Virus record (IMG/VR): IMGVR_UViG_3300032258_000006
Coordinates: 1 to 36,272 of that record
Strand: one strand, 5' to 3'
DNA from: a virus
Lineage: Duplodnaviria > Caudoviricetes
DNA length: 36,272 nucleotides
Of this stretch, positions 35,366-36,272 are shown piece by piece (the first letter of the stretch is position 1; each line of letters begins with the position of its first letter). The notes beneath the pieces were generated by a model. It was not told the origin of the DNA and made no database searches. It was given only the letters and a program-made list of their open reading frames with translations. The position numbers and the translations under genes are program-made.

Positions 35366-36181
35366 ATGAACCGTAATTTTTTAAAACATAACTATCGTGA
35401 AGAGGCTACTCCAGATGGTGGTGATGGTGGTGGCGGTGCTGCACCTGATGCTAATCCAGCGCCAGTATCTGCAATTTCAGGTGATCAATCATCAATCCCT
35501 ATGCATGAATCAATGCCTGAGAAATTTCGGGTGTTTGATGGTGAGGGTGATGACGCCAAGTTCAATCTTGAGAGCTCATCACAGAAGCTACTAGACTCTT
35601 ATTCTAGCCTTGAAAAGCGTGGTGGCGCACCAGAGAGCCCTGAAGAATACAGTATTGACGCTGAAGCCATGGGCGAAGGCTTTGACGCTGAAGCATTTAT
35701 GTCTGATGAGTCCACTAAGGGCTTTCTTAAGCGAATGCATGCTAAAGGCATGAGTAACGCACAGGTTCAAGAGGTAATCGACTACGGCCTGAAAGAGTGG
35801 GCTCCAAACATGATGCAGGGCAATGTAGACCTCACATCTGATCAAGCCACCGACCACATGAAAACCGAAGTATGGAGCGACCCGGCTCAATACAAAGAAA
35901 ACATGGGGCAAGCAAACCGCGCATATTCTTCGCTATCACCTGATCTACAAAATGAGGTTAACGAGCGAATTGGCAATGATCCTGTATTTATAAAGGTAAT
36001 GGCGATTTTTGGCAAGGAGATGAGAGAGGACACGCCGCCGCTTGGTGATACTGTTGTTAGTAGCGTCATGGAAGTTGAAGAGATGATGAAATCTGACGCT
36101 TACAAGGATTCTAAGCATAAAGATCATGAAGCGGTTAGTAAGCAGGTCAGAGACTACTTCAAGAGCAAGCAGAAAAAATAA
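35366..36181 (+). CDS. Capsid scaffolding protein
   Basis: Acidic Gly/Pro N-terminus, APESPEEY, GNDP.FIK......EM.ED, AY.D.KH.DH..V motifs. Confidence 0.82.
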   Translation: MNRNFLKHNYREEATPDGGDGGGGAAPDANPAPVSAISGDQSSIPMHESMPEKFRVFDGEGDDAKFNLESSSQKLLDSYSSLEKRGGAPESPEEYSIDAEAMGEGFDAEAFMSDESTKGFLKRMHAKGMSNAQVQEVIDYGLKEWAPNMMQGNVDLTSDQATDHMKTEVWSDPAQYKENMGQANRAYSSLSPDLQNEVNERIGNDPVFIKVMAIFGKEMREDTPPLGDTVVSSVMEVEEMMKSDAYKDSKHKDHEAVSKQVRDYFKSKQKK

Positions 36182-36272
36182 CGGTTGTAGGCTTTGCGCC
36201 AAAGTGACGCAATCACCGCAGATATTGCGGGTTATACGTCACTTTGGGGTATAACCATTGTTATGTATCAGT
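36141..36272. repeat. Terminal direct repeat (copy 2)
   Basis: Matches 1-132 with one mismatch. Confidence 0.95.

Larger units (their letters stand above)
1..36272. mobile_element. Complete podovirus-type bacteriophage genome with lambdoid-like early region
   Basis: Full set of portal, scaffold, capsid, tail, terminase, lysozyme and replication/recombination genes; terminal redundancy. Confidence 0.93.

Noticed and set aside
1-36272. Phage-encoded integron integrase or other recombinase
   Set aside because: No ORF shows tyrosine (R...HxxR...Y) or serine recombinase motifs by eye; an HMM search should confirm.

Overview
This window looks like a circularly complete (~36.1 kb) tailed-phage genome, probably of a gammaproteobacterial host: positions 1-132 recur at 36141-36272 with one mismatch. 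The virion module is podovirus-type (T7/BPP-1-like portal, scaffold, capsid, tail tubes A/B, ejection proteins, terminase, tail fibre). It is split into two oppositely oriented late operons that share one promoter motif. The early genes are lambdoid-like (Cro-like HTH, O-like initiator with iterons, Rad52/Sak-type annealase, YfdP/YfdQ, SSB, DNA methyltransferase, NinG). I recognise no integrase or CI repressor. The standout feature is that small accessory genes in both early operons are separated by integron attC-like sites with R''/L''/L'/R' boxes and the two extrahelical bases: 8 sites plus a collapsed one at 347-3177, and 2 at 26820-27934. Every gene is antisense to the attC top strand. Three long attC sites supply the RBS, start codon and first ~21-24 residues of their gene. 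Each array ends in a copy of a shared 51-nt attI-like site (76-126 and 28150-28200), and no IntI is encoded. This suggests phage-borne, reverse-polarity gene-cassette arrays serviced by a host integron integrase (inference). Product calls come from motif recognition by eye, not database searches.
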